A DNA stretch of 64,000 bases, taken from contig OZ253462.1 in assembly GCA_965261395.1 (NCBI GenBank), positions 480,001 through 544,000 on the forward strand. Direction: 5' to 3'. The translations under genes were made by a program, and so were the position numbers. The notes below the pieces were generated by a model. The model saw only the letters and a program-made list of their open reading frames with translations. It was not told the DNA's origin and searched no databases. Positions 8,605-19,010 of this stretch are shown here, in pieces. How positions within the stretch are numbered: position 1 is the first letter of the stretch; every line of letters starts with the position of its first letter. This stretch comes from Candidatus Latescibacterota bacterium. Its GTDB lineage: Bacteria > Latescibacterota > UBA2968 > UBA8231.

Positions 8605-10044
8605 GTGAGCGCCTCGCTCTCCCTGGCCACGCGCGCCCTGCGTGGCTTCCTCTGGAATGGCAGCGCCTCCCTTATCCAGCTCGGCGTCATGCTGGTGCTC
8701 TACAAGCTCTTGCCGCTCGACGAGCTGGGCCATTTTGAGTGGGTACTGGCGCTGATAATGCTCCTATCGCTGGTCGGCGACTTAGGTCTGGGCGCAGCCC
8801 TAGTTCAGCTATCAGACGCGGGCGAAGAGTACTTCGACACGGCCTTCTGGACTTGCTTGAGTTGGGGGCTGCTGCTCACTGCCGTGGTCGTCGCCGCATC
8901 CTCTTGGCTGGCCTCTTTTTTAGGGGGCGAAGACCCACACACCTTCGGCCGCGTCTTGCGCACGTTCTGCCTAGCGATCCCCTTCGCCTCATTGGCCGGC
9001 CTATTGCGAGCCAGACTACAGCGCGCCCTCGACTTCCGCGCCGTCGCCCTTTCCGAACTTGTTTCGGTCCTGACCTTTGCCTTCGCGGTGACACTCCTGC
9101 TTTTCTGGCGACCCGAATTGGGCGTCCTAGTCCCGGTCGTCGGATCAGTCGTGCGCGAACTAGGTCTTTTTAGCAGTCTCGCGCTTTCCACCCGCTGGCT
9201 TCCGCGCCGGCGCTTCCGGCCCCAAGCCCTGCGCCAGATCCTTGGCTTTGCCCTGAATCTTACGGGTTCGCGCGTGGTGGCCCTGCTCAATGGCAAGATC
9301 GCTTATCTCTTTATCTTCATACCGCTGGGAGCCACTGCCCAAGCCTACTACAGTTTGGCCGAACGATTGACCTTGCAGCCTTTGACCCGGCTGGCTACGA
9401 CCATCCAGCGCGTCTCCTTTCCGACCTTTTCGACGATCGTGGACGACGACTCGCTCCTGCGTCGTGGCTATTTGTCCTCGGTACAGGGCTTCGTGCTAGC
9501 GCTGGGTCCGGCCCTTACGGGAATATTCGTCTTTGCGCCGGAGATTGCCGCCTTGGTCAACACCGAGCCGATGTGGATGGTGCTGCGCCTGTTAGCCGCA
9601 GCCACGCTTTTGAAAGTAGCCGGCTCCTTGGTCGGCTCGATTTTTATGGCCAAAGGCAAGACCAACTGGGCTTTCTATTGGTCGCTCTTTAGCATGGGGG
9701 TGCTGATCCCGGCACTGTACTTCTATGGCCTGCCGCGTGGCGTCGAAGGCGTGGCCAGCGTCATCGCCGCCGCGGCTTTGCTGTTTTTGCTGCTTTCGCA
9801 GTATCTCGTCAACCGCTTGATCGGCTTGCCTTTTGCAACCTATCTCGCCGCGCTCAGCCGTCCCGGTTTGGTGGTCGCCTTCGTCTTCACCGTTCTCTTG
9901 CTAGCCCGCCCCCTACTGCCTTGGTCGCCGCTCGCCGTCCTCGTTGTCGGTGCGGCCCTCGGCGTCGGCGCGACCTCAGCGGCCCTCTTCCTCTTCGCCC
10001 GCGACCTTTGCCGCACCTACTGGCAGAGCCTGCGCGGCACCTGA
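8605..10044 (+). CDS. Wzx-type oligosaccharide flippase / polysaccharide biosynthesis protein
   Basis: Multi-TM protein with DLGLGAALVQ, LQRALDFRAVA, RVSFPTFS; start approximate (GTG 8605). Confidence 0.85.
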   Translation: MSASLSLATRALRGFLWNGSASLIQLGVMLVLYKLLPLDELGHFEWVLALIMLLSLVGDLGLGAALVQLSDAGEEYFDTAFWTCLSWGLLLTAVVVAASSWLASFLGGEDPHTFGRVLRTFCLAIPFASLAGLLRARLQRALDFRAVALSELVSVLTFAFAVTLLLFWRPELGVLVPVVGSVVRELGLFSSLALSTRWLPRRRFRPQALRQILGFALNLTGSRVVALLNGKIAYLFIFIPLGATAQAYYSLAERLTLQPLTRLATTIQRVSFPTFSTIVDDDSLLRRGYLSSVQGFVLALGPALTGIFVFAPEIAALVNTEPMWMVLRLLAAATLLKVAGSLVGSIFMAKGKTNWAFYWSLFSMGVLIPALYFYGLPRGVEGVASVIAAAALLFLLLSQYLVNRLIGLPFATYLAALSRPGLVVAFVFTVLLLARPLLPWSPLAVLVVGAALGVGATSAALFLFARDLCRTYWQSLRGT

Positions 10045-10122
10045 TTCTACCCCGGGCAAAAATTGCGCAGGGGCCTGTTTTGGAATATGTTTTTAAGGAA
10101 CTACTCTAAAGGAGAGTGCGCT

Positions 10123-11022
10123 ATGAGCGAGATACAAAACGGCCAGACTGGCACCCTGCGCCTCAAGACCGGCCTCGCCGAAATGCTCAAGGGTGGGGTC
10201 ATCATGGACGTCGTCACCGCCGACCAAGCCAAGATCGCCGAAGACGCTGGGGCAACCGCGGTCATGGCGCTGGAAAGAGTGCCCGCCGACATCCGCGCTG
10301 AAGGCGGGGTGTCGCGCATGTCGAGCATCGAAAAGCTGCGCCAGATCATGGAGTCCACCTCCATTCCGGTCATGGCCAAATGCCGCATTGGTCACTTTGC
10401 CGAAGCGCAGATACTCCAAGCCCTCGGGATCGACTACGTCGACGAAAGCGAGGTTCTGACCCCAGCCGACGAGCACTATCACGTCGATAAGTTCGCCTTT
10501 GAAGTGCCCTTCGTCTGCGGCTGCCGCAACCTCGGCGAGGCCCTGCGGCGGATTGGCGAGGGCGCGGCCCTGATCCGCACCAAGGGCGAGGCTGGCTCGG
10601 GCAACATCGTCGAGGCCGTGCGCCACATGCGCTCGGTTACCGACGAGATACGCCGGCTAACGATCCTGCGTCCCGAACAGCTAATGACCGCGGCCAAAGA
10701 CCTAGGCGCGCCTTATGAACTGGTCTGCTGGGTCGCCGAGCACGGCAAGCTGCCGGTGCCCAATTTTGCCGCGGGCGGCGTCGCCACACCGGCTGATGCC
10801 TCGCTGATGATGCAGCTCGGCGCCGAAGCCGTTTTCGTCGGCTCTGGGATCTTTAAGTCCGGCGATCCGTCCAACCGCGCCAAAGCCATCGTCGAGGCCA
10901 CCACCCACTACGACGATCCAGAGGTTCTGATCCGCGTCTCTGAAAACCTCGGCGAGGCCATGGTCGGCATCAACATCGACACCCTCGAAGAGAAGGACAA
11001 ACTACAAACTCGCGGCTGGTAA
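10123..11022 (+). CDS. pdxS: Pyridoxal 5'-phosphate synthase, lyase subunit
   Basis: [44 protein letters not shown]; AAGGAG RBS. Confidence 0.98.
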   Translation: MSEIQNGQTGTLRLKTGLAEMLKGGVIMDVVTADQAKIAEDAGATAVMALERVPADIRAEGGVSRMSSIEKLRQIMESTSIPVMAKCRIGHFAEAQILQALGIDYVDESEVLTPADEHYHVDKFAFEVPFVCGCRNLGEALRRIGEGAALIRTKGEAGSGNIVEAVRHMRSVTDEIRRLTILRPEQLMTAAKDLGAPYELVCWVAEHGKLPVPNFAAGGVATPADASLMMQLGAEAVFVGSGIFKSGDPSNRAKAIVEATTHYDDPEVLIRVSENLGEAMVGINIDTLEEKDKLQTRGW

Positions 11023-11025
11023 GGC

Positions 11026-11134
11026 TCCGCACAGATGCAAACGGAAAACGCCCCGTCTCTGCTCTGTCAGGGACGGGGCAATTTTATGAAGCGTCATCCC
11101 CTGCCTCTGTGCTCATCTGCGTTCATCTGCGGAT
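11026..11134. repeat. Intergenic palindromic repeat element and hairpin between pdxS and pdxT
   Basis: TCCGCACAGATG at 11026 is loosely inverted against CATCTGCGTTCATCTGCGGA (~11114-11133); internal hairpin GCCCCGTC...GACGGGGC at 11050-11079. Confidence 0.55.
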
Positions 11135-11189
11135 ACTTTGTCGCCGCACACCCGCCGGGAATTGTCAGATAGCTTCTATGGTATAAACA

Positions 11190-11759
11190 ATGATTGGAAT
11201 TTTGGGATTACAAGGCGACTACGCGGCCCACGGCAAAATACTCGACGCCTTGGCAGTCGAATCCCGCGTGGTCAAAAAACCGGAGCAATTGTCCACGGTT
11301 GACGGCCTGATCTTCCCCGGCGGCGAGAGCACGACGCTAATTAAGCTGATGGACTCTTGGGATTTCTGGGCACCGCTGCGGGACTTTGCCGCGGCCGGCA
11401 ATCCCATTTTTGGTACCTGCGCCGGAATGATCCTGTTGGCCAAAGGCGTCTCCAACCCGCCGCAGAAGTCCCTCGGCCTGATCGACATCGACGTCGAGCG
11501 CAACAGCTATGGCCGCCAAGTCAATAGCTTTGAGGGGACGGGCGTTTGGGCGGCGGATGAGCAACCGCGATCGTTGCCGATGATCTTTATCCGCGCGCCC
11601 CGCATCGCGCGGTTGGGCGATGGGGTCGTGGCGCTGGCGACCTGCGGCGACGATGTGGTCGTGGCGCGCCAGGGCCAAATGCTCGTCGCCTCGTTTCATC
11701 CTGAACTGACTAGCGATTTGAGCATCCATCGCTATTTCGTCGCTATGGTTGGGCGCTAG
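11190..11759 (+). CDS. pdxT: Pyridoxal 5'-phosphate synthase, glutaminase subunit
   Basis: GILGLQGD, PGGESTT, GTCAGMILL, RNSYGRQ, FIRAP, FHPELT. Confidence 0.97.
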   Translation: MIGILGLQGDYAAHGKILDALAVESRVVKKPEQLSTVDGLIFPGGESTTLIKLMDSWDFWAPLRDFAAAGNPIFGTCAGMILLAKGVSNPPQKSLGLIDIDVERNSYGRQVNSFEGTGVWAADEQPRSLPMIFIRAPRIARLGDGVVALATCGDDVVVARQGQMLVASFHPELTSDLSIHRYFVAMVGR

Positions 11760-11819
11760 GCAGACGTGCTGCTGAGATCCGCATCGGATTGTGCTATCAA
11801 CATCTAAAAGGAACCGTCC

Positions 11820-12659
11820 ATGATCGTCGATACCCACGTACACATCTGGGAAATGTCAGAGAAATATCCCATCGGACCCACCGCCCCCAACTGGACCTCC
11901 GAGCCGGACGAACCCGCCACCGCCGACGAGTTAATCGAGGACATGGACCAAAACGGCGTTGGCCGCAGCGTCTTGGTGCAGACTAGCTGGTCCACTTGGG
12001 ACAACGGCTACATCGCCGATTCGCAGGCCCGTTTCCCCGACCGCTTTATCGGCCACGGCATGCTCGACCCGCAAAACCCAGACAACGCTGCCCAAGCGCG
12101 TTACTGGATGGAGGAACGCGGTCTGCTCGGTTTTCGCTTCCACCCCATGTACTACCCAGACGAAAAAGTCCTGACCATGCCCCAGAACCGTCCCCTGTGG
12201 GAAGTCCTATACGCAATGGGTGCTGTCATCCAGTTCCATCTCAACGCCGCTTGCGCCGATCAAGTAGCTGAAATCTCCCACCGCCACCCACAGATGCCCC
12301 TGCTATTGGACCACATGGGCTATCCCAACCTCGACGAGCCAGCCGAGGCTTTCCAGCCTATCGTCGAGCTGGCTGGCTTCGACAATGTGGCAGTGAAAAT
12401 ATCGGATGTTCACGGCCGCTCGCGGCAAGATTTTCCCTATGCCGACGTGCATCCCTTCATCCAGCGTCTGCACCAAGCTTTTGGGGCCGAGCGCATGTTG
12501 TGGGGCACCGGCTATCCAGGTCACCATCGCACCAAGCACAACTGGCCGACCCTAGCCGAGGAGTTGCGCCTAGTGCGAGAGGGTTTCGACTTTCTCAGCC
12601 AGCGCGAAAAGGACCAGATGCTAGGCGGTACGGCCGGCCGTATATGGGGACTGACCTAA
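11820..12659 (+). CDS. Amidohydrolase_2 family protein
   Basis: IVDTHVHIW, LLDHMG, FGAERMLWGTGYP. Confidence 0.9.
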   Translation: MIVDTHVHIWEMSEKYPIGPTAPNWTSEPDEPATADELIEDMDQNGVGRSVLVQTSWSTWDNGYIADSQARFPDRFIGHGMLDPQNPDNAAQARYWMEERGLLGFRFHPMYYPDEKVLTMPQNRPLWEVLYAMGAVIQFHLNAACADQVAEISHRHPQMPLLLDHMGYPNLDEPAEAFQPIVELAGFDNVAVKISDVHGRSRQDFPYADVHPFIQRLHQAFGAERMLWGTGYPGHHRTKHNWPTLAEELRLVREGFDFLSQREKDQMLGGTAGRIWGLT

Positions 12660-12702
12660 CCTTTGTAAGTTTGCTCATACATAATCCACAAGGGAGGCCC
12701 GC

Positions 12703-14220
12703 ATGACATTGGACACCAGCGACCAAAACATATACCAAGCCATCGGCGTCGAACCCATCATCAACTGCCGTGGCACGTTTACCATCATCGGCGGCTCCGT
12801 CGAACTCCCCGAAGTTGTGGCGGCCATGGAAGCGGCCTCGGGCTATTTCGTCCAGTACGACGAACTCGCCGATGCCGTCGGTCAAAGGCTGGCTGAAATC
12901 ACTGGGGCCGACTGGGGGCTGATTCCGGCGGGCTGCGCCGCTGGCCTCAAGCACATCACTGCGGCTTGCGTCACCGGCGGCAATCCCGAAAAGCTGATCC
13001 GCATCCCGGATTTGACCGGCCTAGACAAAACCCAAGTCATCATCCCCCGGTACTCGCGCAACGCCTACGACCATGCCGTGCGCAGTATCGGCGTCGAAAT
13101 TGTCATGGTCGAAACCCAAGCCGAACTTGAGCGGGCCATCAATCCCCGCACCGCCATGATCTACATAACTACGGGGGCAGGCTCCGCCACCGGCCAGCCG
13201 CTTTCCCTAGAGGTCATTGCTGACGTGGCCCGCCCGCACAAAATTCCCATCCTCGCCGACTCCGCGGCCGAAAACCTCACCATTCCCAATGTCCACTTGC
13301 AAAGGGGGGCCACTGTCGTGGCCTACAGCGGCGGCAAAGCCCTGTGCGGGCCCCAGTGCGCCGGCTTGGTGCTGGGCGACAAAGCCTTGCTGCAGTCGGC
13401 TTGGCAATTCAGTGCGCCGCACCACGGGCCGGGCCGCGACGATAAAATCGGCAAAGAAGAAATCATGGGGATGCTGGCGGCGGTGGAGGCCTGGGTGCGC
13501 CGCGACCACGACGCTGAATGGCAGACTTGGCTGTCCTATCTCGACTATATCGCCCAGCGGGTGCGCGGCATTGACAGCGTATCGACCGAGGTCAGAGACC
13601 CCACCGGCCTGTCCAACCGCGCCCCGGTCCTCACCATTAGCTGGGACCCAGCCGTCTTGCACATTACCGGCGCAGAAGTCGCCGAGGATTTCGCCCGCAA
13701 GACACCCCGCATCGCCGTGGCCAGCGGCGGTGCCAACGGCCGCACCTCCATCGGCATCACGCCCAATCAGATGCAGCCGGGCAACGACCAAGTAGTCGCC
13801 GACCGAATCCACCGCATTTTATCCGCGCAACGCAGTCCCCAATCAACGGAGCTATCCCCTCCGGCAACCGATGTCAGCGGTGCTTGGGACCTCACCATCA
13901 ACTATTCGAGCAGCAGCAGCCAGCACCAGCTATTCCTCGAACAGGAGGGGCATTGGATCGGCGGCACCCATATAAGCGATTTTTCCCAGCAGCAAATCGC
14001 CGGCGTCATCGAAGACGATCAGGTAAAGCTGCGCAGCCAAGTGAGTCGCCCAGGCGATACCATCCCCTTCCTGTTTTCCGGTCGCGCTGCGGAAGACCGC
14101 ATTTCGGGCTCCATTCACCTAGGCGAATACCGCAACGCCGATTTCACCGCCTGCCGCTCCCAGTACGCAAAATCGCCGATCTCTATTGCCATACCTCGCG
14201 GAGCGCCGCTGGCTACCTGA
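12703..14220 (+). CDS. SelA-like / DgaE-like PLP-dependent enzyme with C-terminal extension
   Basis: PIINCRGTFTIIGGS, YSGGKALCGPQCAG (PLP lysine), GRDDKIGKEEI. Confidence 0.8.
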   Translation: MTLDTSDQNIYQAIGVEPIINCRGTFTIIGGSVELPEVVAAMEAASGYFVQYDELADAVGQRLAEITGADWGLIPAGCAAGLKHITAACVTGGNPEKLIRIPDLTGLDKTQVIIPRYSRNAYDHAVRSIGVEIVMVETQAELERAINPRTAMIYITTGAGSATGQPLSLEVIADVARPHKIPILADSAAENLTIPNVHLQRGATVVAYSGGKALCGPQCAGLVLGDKALLQSAWQFSAPHHGPGRDDKIGKEEIMGMLAAVEAWVRRDHDAEWQTWLSYLDYIAQRVRGIDSVSTEVRDPTGLSNRAPVLTISWDPAVLHITGAEVAEDFARKTPRIAVASGGANGRTSIGITPNQMQPGNDQVVADRIHRILSAQRSPQSTELSPPATDVSGAWDLTINYSSSSSQHQLFLEQEGHWIGGTHISDFSQQQIAGVIEDDQVKLRSQVSRPGDTIPFLFSGRAAEDRISGSIHLGEYRNADFTACRSQYAKSPISIAIPRGAPLAT

Positions 14221-14295
14221 GTGGCTTCTTTTATCGGATTTCTAACACCAACAGGACTGACCACTAGAACGCTTCCTAATCGAGGCTAGTTAAGA

Positions 14296-17200
14296 ATGAC
14301 TGAGAATCGACTTTCAACACAGGTCGGACAGCGAATATTTCTCAAAGGACATTTCGACGTACCCGTCACCTTGGAAGATATCAGACCCCTCGGTACGGAC
14401 GGATCTGCCGGTTACGAGTGCCGCGTCCGACTGCCCGATGGCGAGCTTGAGGAGGCCGTCATCTCCTCTGAAGAGGCCGCAATCATTTCCGGCGTACAAG
14501 AGAAAGCAGCGGCTCAACCTGCGGATGCGGAAAGGCTGCGACTCCTGATTGAGTCTGCCCGTATCCATCTCGCCTACGCTTATGATCGCCAGTTCGCGGT
14601 CAGTCTGTCCGGCATCCGCACTCTGCCCCACCAGATCGAGGCGGTCTATCTTAAGATGCTGCCACAGCCTCGATTGCGCTTCCTGCTCGCCGACGACCCG
14701 GGCGCGGGTAAAACGATTATGGCCGGCCTCCTCATCAAGGAACTCAAGCTCAGAGAGGCCATCGACCGGTGCCTCATCCTCGCCCCTGCCCCGTTGACCA
14801 TTCAGTGGCAGGACGAGCTGCTCCGTTTTTTCAACGAGTCGTTTCAGATCATCCACTCCGCGAACGACCAGCAGCAGCTTCTGAATCTTTGGGAGCGCGA
14901 ATCCCTGGTCATCTCGTCCATCGACTACGCCAAGCAGGACGAGGTTCGGGAACGGGTCTGGCAGCAGCGGTGGGACCTCATCATCATCGATGAAGCTCAC
15001 AAGTGCAGCGCCTACACGAAGCGCTCGACTGGGCGCGACGACGGAATCGAGCGCACGAAGCGGTACCAGCTCGCGGAGCGGCTCTCGGAACACTGCGACA
15101 ACCTGTTGCTCCTGACAGCGACCCCCCATCACGGTGACGACGACCGGTTCGCGCATTTCATACGCCTCCTCGACCGCGACCTGTTTCCCGAGCCGCATCG
15201 CTCCGACCAAGATGGTCAAATCCGTCGAGAAATCTTGCAACTCGGCGAGAACTGCCCGTGGTCGCTTCGGCGACTGAAGGAGGATCTGAAGGACATGCAC
15301 GGTCGTCGGCTGTTTCCGGACCGCCATGTGCAGACCGTCAGCTTCAACCTCGGACCGGAGGAGTACGCCATCTATAAGGCGGTCACGGCGTACATCAACG
15401 AATACTTGCCGCAGACAACGGGACGTCGCAAGAACAGCGTTGCTCTTGCGCGGACGGTTTTCCAGAGGCGCTTAGCCAGTTCGACTCATGCGATTCACGA
15501 GTCTTTATGCCGCAGGCAGAAGAAGCTGGACGATCTTCTCAGGGAACTCGAAGACCTCCCGCCATCTCAGCGTTCAAGGCGCTTGGCGCAACTGCAAGGG
15601 CGATTGTCCGACGCCGAGCAGGACGAAGACGATCTCGATGAAGCAACCCGTGACGGCCTCATTGACGAGGCGACGGCCGCGGCCGAACTGGATCAACTTC
15701 GGGCAGAGATCGCCGAGTTGGGCGATCTAGTTGCGCGTGTGGGGCGCGTTCGCGAAAGCGGCCGCGACTCTAAGCTGGTCGCGCTACGCAACTGCTTGCA
15801 ACGAGCGGAGTTCGATGAACTGAAGGACGGGCGGGGCAAGCTCCTCATTTTCACCGAGCACCGAGATACGCTGAACCATCTACGGGAGAATATCGAAACG
15901 TGGGGTTACTCGACCTGCGAGATCCACGGTGGCATGAACCCGCGTGAGCGCAAGCAGGCTCAGGAAGATTTCCGGACGAGCCGCCAGATCTGCGTGGCGA
16001 CCGAGGCAGCGGGCGAGGGTATCAACCTTCAGTTTTGCCATCTGATGGTCAACTACGACCTGCCCTGGAACCCGACCCGTCTTGAGCAGCGTCTAGGCCG
16101 TATCCACCGTATCGGACAATCTCGTGATGTATATGCGTTCAATTTCGTCGCAACCTCCTCGGAGGACGGGCAGCCGGTCATAGAGGGCCGCATCCTGGAA
16201 CGGCTCCTGAGCAAACTGGACCGTATGAGGACCGCGCTCGGGGATCGCGTGTTCGATGTGGTCGGCGAAGTGCTTTCCCTCAATAAGGTCAACCTCCCAG
16301 ACATGCTCCGTGAAGTGGCATACGAGCCAAGGCGTCTCGACGACTATCTCGACGTAATTGAGCAAATCGACCCAGAACTGCTTGAGCGTTACGAGGACGC
16401 GACCGGTATCGCTCTGGCACGAGCGCACGTGGATTTCTCCGCCTTCGCGCGGGCGAATCTGGAAGCGGAAGAGCGACGACTCATGCCGCGTTATGTCGAG
16501 TCCTACTTCTTGGACGCGGCCAAAGCCGTCGGGCTTCGCACCGAAGCGAGAGCGGACGGACTCTGGCGGATCGAGCATGTACTTGCCGATCTCCGGTCCG
16601 AGCGTCTCGCCGCCGTCAGGCGACTCGGGAAGCCGGACACAAGCTATCGCAAACTGACCTTCTACAAGGAGCATCTGGAGCAGGATCAGCATTTGGATGC
16701 CGTACTTCTCGGTCCCGGCCACCCGATCTACGCCGCCGTGGACGAGAAGCTGAAAGAACTCCTCAAAGACATTGTGGGACAGACAGCAGTCTATGTGGAT
16801 TCGGTGACCGAGGTACTTTACCGGCTCCACTTCTACGAGATCCTAGTACGAGGCAAGACGACCAAAGACGAGGCAACTACGATTCACGCCGAACTCGTAG
16901 GCGTACGAGAAGAAGTTGGCGAAGGTGTCGCAGCTTCCGACCGTTACAGTATCGTTCCGGCGGATGTGCTCATCGATCTGCCGGCGCATCCGCATCCTCC
17001 CGAGACGTTGTCCGAAATCGACCACAGTCCCGTTAGCGATTACGTTAAGACGACGGTGCAGATGGAACGGCGACAGGATGCCCAAAGTGAGCGGGGCCGC
17101 TATGCCGATGTGGCGCATGATTACCTCAAAAGATCCTTCGAAGCGCGCGTTCGTGCAGCGCAGGACAGGATAATGGCGTTGCGGGCCCGCGAGCCCAAGG

Positions 17201-17838
17201 AACCAGAGGTGTCCCTAGCTCGGCAGCGGGCGGAACAGGATCTGGCCGATCTTGAGCGCACTCGGGAGGAGCGCCTTGTTGGCGTTGCCAGACTTCGTGT
17301 CGCCCGACACGGACCCTTGCGTCACGTCGCAAGCTGCCTTGTGATGCCGCCCGACACCACAGCGGACCGCTTCCCCGAACTTGCCGAGGAACTGGATGCG
17401 GGGTTGAAACGGCGTGTTGAGCTTGCCGCCGAGGACGTCGTCGTTGCTTACGAGGAGACTCAAGGACGCGAGTGCGAACGCGTCGGCCATCTCAAGATCG
17501 GCTTCGATATTCGGAGCTTGGCTCCGCCAAATTCGCAGACGGGCTACCGTGACCCCGTGACCGGGGTGCGGCGCATTGAGGTCAAGGGCCGCAAACAAGG
17601 CCAGCCGGTCAGGCTAACCACAAACGAGTGGTATAAGGCGCAGCAGCTTGGCGACACCTACTGGCTGTACGTGGTTTGGGACCCTTTGGACAACCCCGAC
17701 CCCGTTCCGCTCATGGTCAAGAATCCGGCCAAGCATCTGGACTACGCCAAGAAGGAGGTTGTGGCTGCGCGCTACTACGACCTACCTGCGAACGCTGTGG
17801 AGCAAGCCGCCCGCGATCAGCGGGATGATGGAAAGTGA
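14296..17838 (+). CDS. SNF2-family helicase with C-terminal DUF3883 (PD-(D/E)XK-like) domain
   Basis: LLADDPGAGKT, DEAH, LLTATPH, ATEAAGEGINLQ, DLPWNPTRLEQRLGRIHRIGQ; C-terminal GFDIRS...IEVKGR...LTTNEW...YWLYVV. Confidence 0.93.
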   Translation: MTENRLSTQVGQRIFLKGHFDVPVTLEDIRPLGTDGSAGYECRVRLPDGELEEAVISSEEAAIISGVQEKAAAQPADAERLRLLIESARIHLAYAYDRQFAVSLSGIRTLPHQIEAVYLKMLPQPRLRFLLADDPGAGKTIMAGLLIKELKLREAIDRCLILAPAPLTIQWQDELLRFFNESFQIIHSANDQQQLLNLWERESLVISSIDYAKQDEVRERVWQQRWDLIIIDEAHKCSAYTKRSTGRDDGIERTKRYQLAERLSEHCDNLLLLTATPHHGDDDRFAHFIRLLDRDLFPEPHRSDQDGQIRREILQLGENCPWSLRRLKEDLKDMHGRRLFPDRHVQTVSFNLGPEEYAIYKAVTAYINEYLPQTTGRRKNSVALARTVFQRRLASSTHAIHESLCRRQKKLDDLLRELEDLPPSQRSRRLAQLQGRLSDAEQDEDDLDEATRDGLIDEATAAAELDQLRAEIAELGDLVARVGRVRESGRDSKLVALRNCLQRAEFDELKDGRGKLLIFTEHRDTLNHLRENIETWGYSTCEIHGGMNPRERKQAQEDFRTSRQICVATEAAGEGINLQFCHLMVNYDLPWNPTRLEQRLGRIHRIGQSRDVYAFNFVATSSEDGQPVIEGRILERLLSKLDRMRTALGDRVFDVVGEVLSLNKVNLPDMLREVAYEPRRLDDYLDVIEQIDPELLERYEDATGIALARAHVDFSAFARANLEAEERRLMPRYVESYFLDAAKAVGLRTEARADGLWRIEHVLADLRSERLAAVRRLGKPDTSYRKLTFYKEHLEQDQHLDAVLLGPGHPIYAAVDEKLKELLKDIVGQTAVYVDSVTEVLYRLHFYEILVRGKTTKDEATTIHAELVGVREEVGEGVAASDRYSIVPADVLIDLPAHPHPPETLSEIDHSPVSDYVKTTVQMERRQDAQSERGRYADVAHDYLKRSFEARVRAAQDRIMALRAREPKEPEVSLARQRAEQDLADLERTREERLVGVARLRVARHGPLRHVASCLVMPPDTTADRFPELAEELDAGLKRRVELAAEDVVVAYEETQGRECERVGHLKIGFDIRSLAPPNSQTGYRDPVTGVRRIEVKGRKQGQPVRLTTNEWYKAQQLGDTYWLYVVWDPLDNPDPVPLMVKNPAKHLDYAKKEVVAARYYDLPANAVEQAARDQRDDGK

Positions 17839-17886
17839 AACGGCCGGAATCGTAGATCTCGGAGGCTTTCGATAACCCCACGCCGG

Positions 17887-17915
17887 TTGACGAGAATTCT
17901 GTGGTTCACTATGCT
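17887..17915 (+). promoter_or_regulatory. Sigma-70-type promoter inside the defence island
   Basis: TTGACG-17 nt-TATGCT in the helicase/DUF932 gap. Confidence 0.6.
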
Positions 17916-17969
17916 GCGCCATGAAAAACGCTACCGTAAGCCGCTTGGGAAACATTCCAAAGAGAATGA

Positions 17970-18956
17970 ATGATGCCCGCAAGAGTCCAGACAATCGCCT
18001 ATTACGGTGACGTACCGTGGCACCGCTTAGGGAAGCAAGTGCCCAAGTGGATAAAGGCTAAAGAGATGATCCAAGCTGCCGGACTTGACTGGCAAGTCAA
18101 GTTGCAACCGGCGCGGGGTGCCCGAAAGATCAACAGAAAGGGCGAGTTTTCTCGGTACGAAGTTTTACGTGTACCACGGCCAAATGAAGGAGAGACAGAA
18201 GTCCTTCTTGGAGTTGTGAGTCGCCGGTATCAGCCTCTTCAGAACAGTGAAGCCTTTTCATTCTTTGATCCTATCGTCAGCGAGGGGCAAGCATACTTCG
18301 AAACGGCAGGGGCACTCGGCGAGGGCGAGCGAATCTGGGTTATGGCCAAGATGCCTGATGCCATGGAAATCGTTCGAGGCGACGAATGTTTCAAATATCT
18401 CCTCCTCTCCAATACTCACACGGGCGAAGGCTCCGTGATCGTCAAATTCACTTCGGTGCGTGTGGTATGCCAGAACACGCTGATGCTCGCCATGGACGAT
18501 GGACAGAAGGCATACCGCGTTAGGCATAGCAAGATGATGCAGTTCCGTTTGGATGAGTTGTCTAAATTTTTGGCAATTACACAGCACGTATTCCAGAAGG
18601 CAGAAGAGGAATTCAAGCATCTGGCGAAGGTGCAAATGAAGGGGGATCGGTTGCAACACTATCTTGAGGCGGTATTTCCTCGAACAGAAAAACAGAAAAA
18701 GGAGAGGGTAATACCTCAGCGCTGGCAGGATGTACAAAAAATGGTCGAGCGCCAACCAGATCTGCAAATTACTGGTGTCCGGGGTACGCTATGGGGTGCG
18801 TACAACGCGATCACACGTTTCGAGGATTATAAGAAGCCAATGCAGGAAGAAGTGGCGGATCAAAGACTGGAGCGGACTTGGTTCGGTTCAGGTGCCGACA
18901 TCAAACTGCGAGCGCTTGATCAGGCTTTGATGCTCGCCAAGTCGTGGTTGAATTGA
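17970..18956 (+). CDS. DUF932 (LGT_TIGR03299-like phage/plasmid) protein
   Basis: PWHRLG, AGLDWQV, LGVVSRRYQPLQNSEAFSFFD, ETAGAL..GERIW, RVVCQNTL, GTLWGAYNAIT. Confidence 0.88.
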   Translation: MMPARVQTIAYYGDVPWHRLGKQVPKWIKAKEMIQAAGLDWQVKLQPARGARKINRKGEFSRYEVLRVPRPNEGETEVLLGVVSRRYQPLQNSEAFSFFDPIVSEGQAYFETAGALGEGERIWVMAKMPDAMEIVRGDECFKYLLLSNTHTGEGSVIVKFTSVRVVCQNTLMLAMDDGQKAYRVRHSKMMQFRLDELSKFLAITQHVFQKAEEEFKHLAKVQMKGDRLQHYLEAVFPRTEKQKKERVIPQRWQDVQKMVERQPDLQITGVRGTLWGAYNAITRFEDYKKPMQEEVADQRLERTWFGSGADIKLRALDQALMLAKSWLN

Positions 18957-19010
18957 TAATCGCGTGAATAGATTGAGTCACTTGGTGGTCGTGCAGAGAT
19001 AGGAGAAACA

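Noticed and set aside
7200-13300. Apparent abundance of CTAG sites
   Set aside because: A rough eye count is near what base composition predicts; a proper k-mer analysis is needed before claiming anything.
12703-14220. Calling this the true selenocysteine synthase SelA serving the selenoprotein
   Set aside because: Motifs and catabolic context fit SelA-like/DgaE paralogues; no selB, selC or selD is adjacent.
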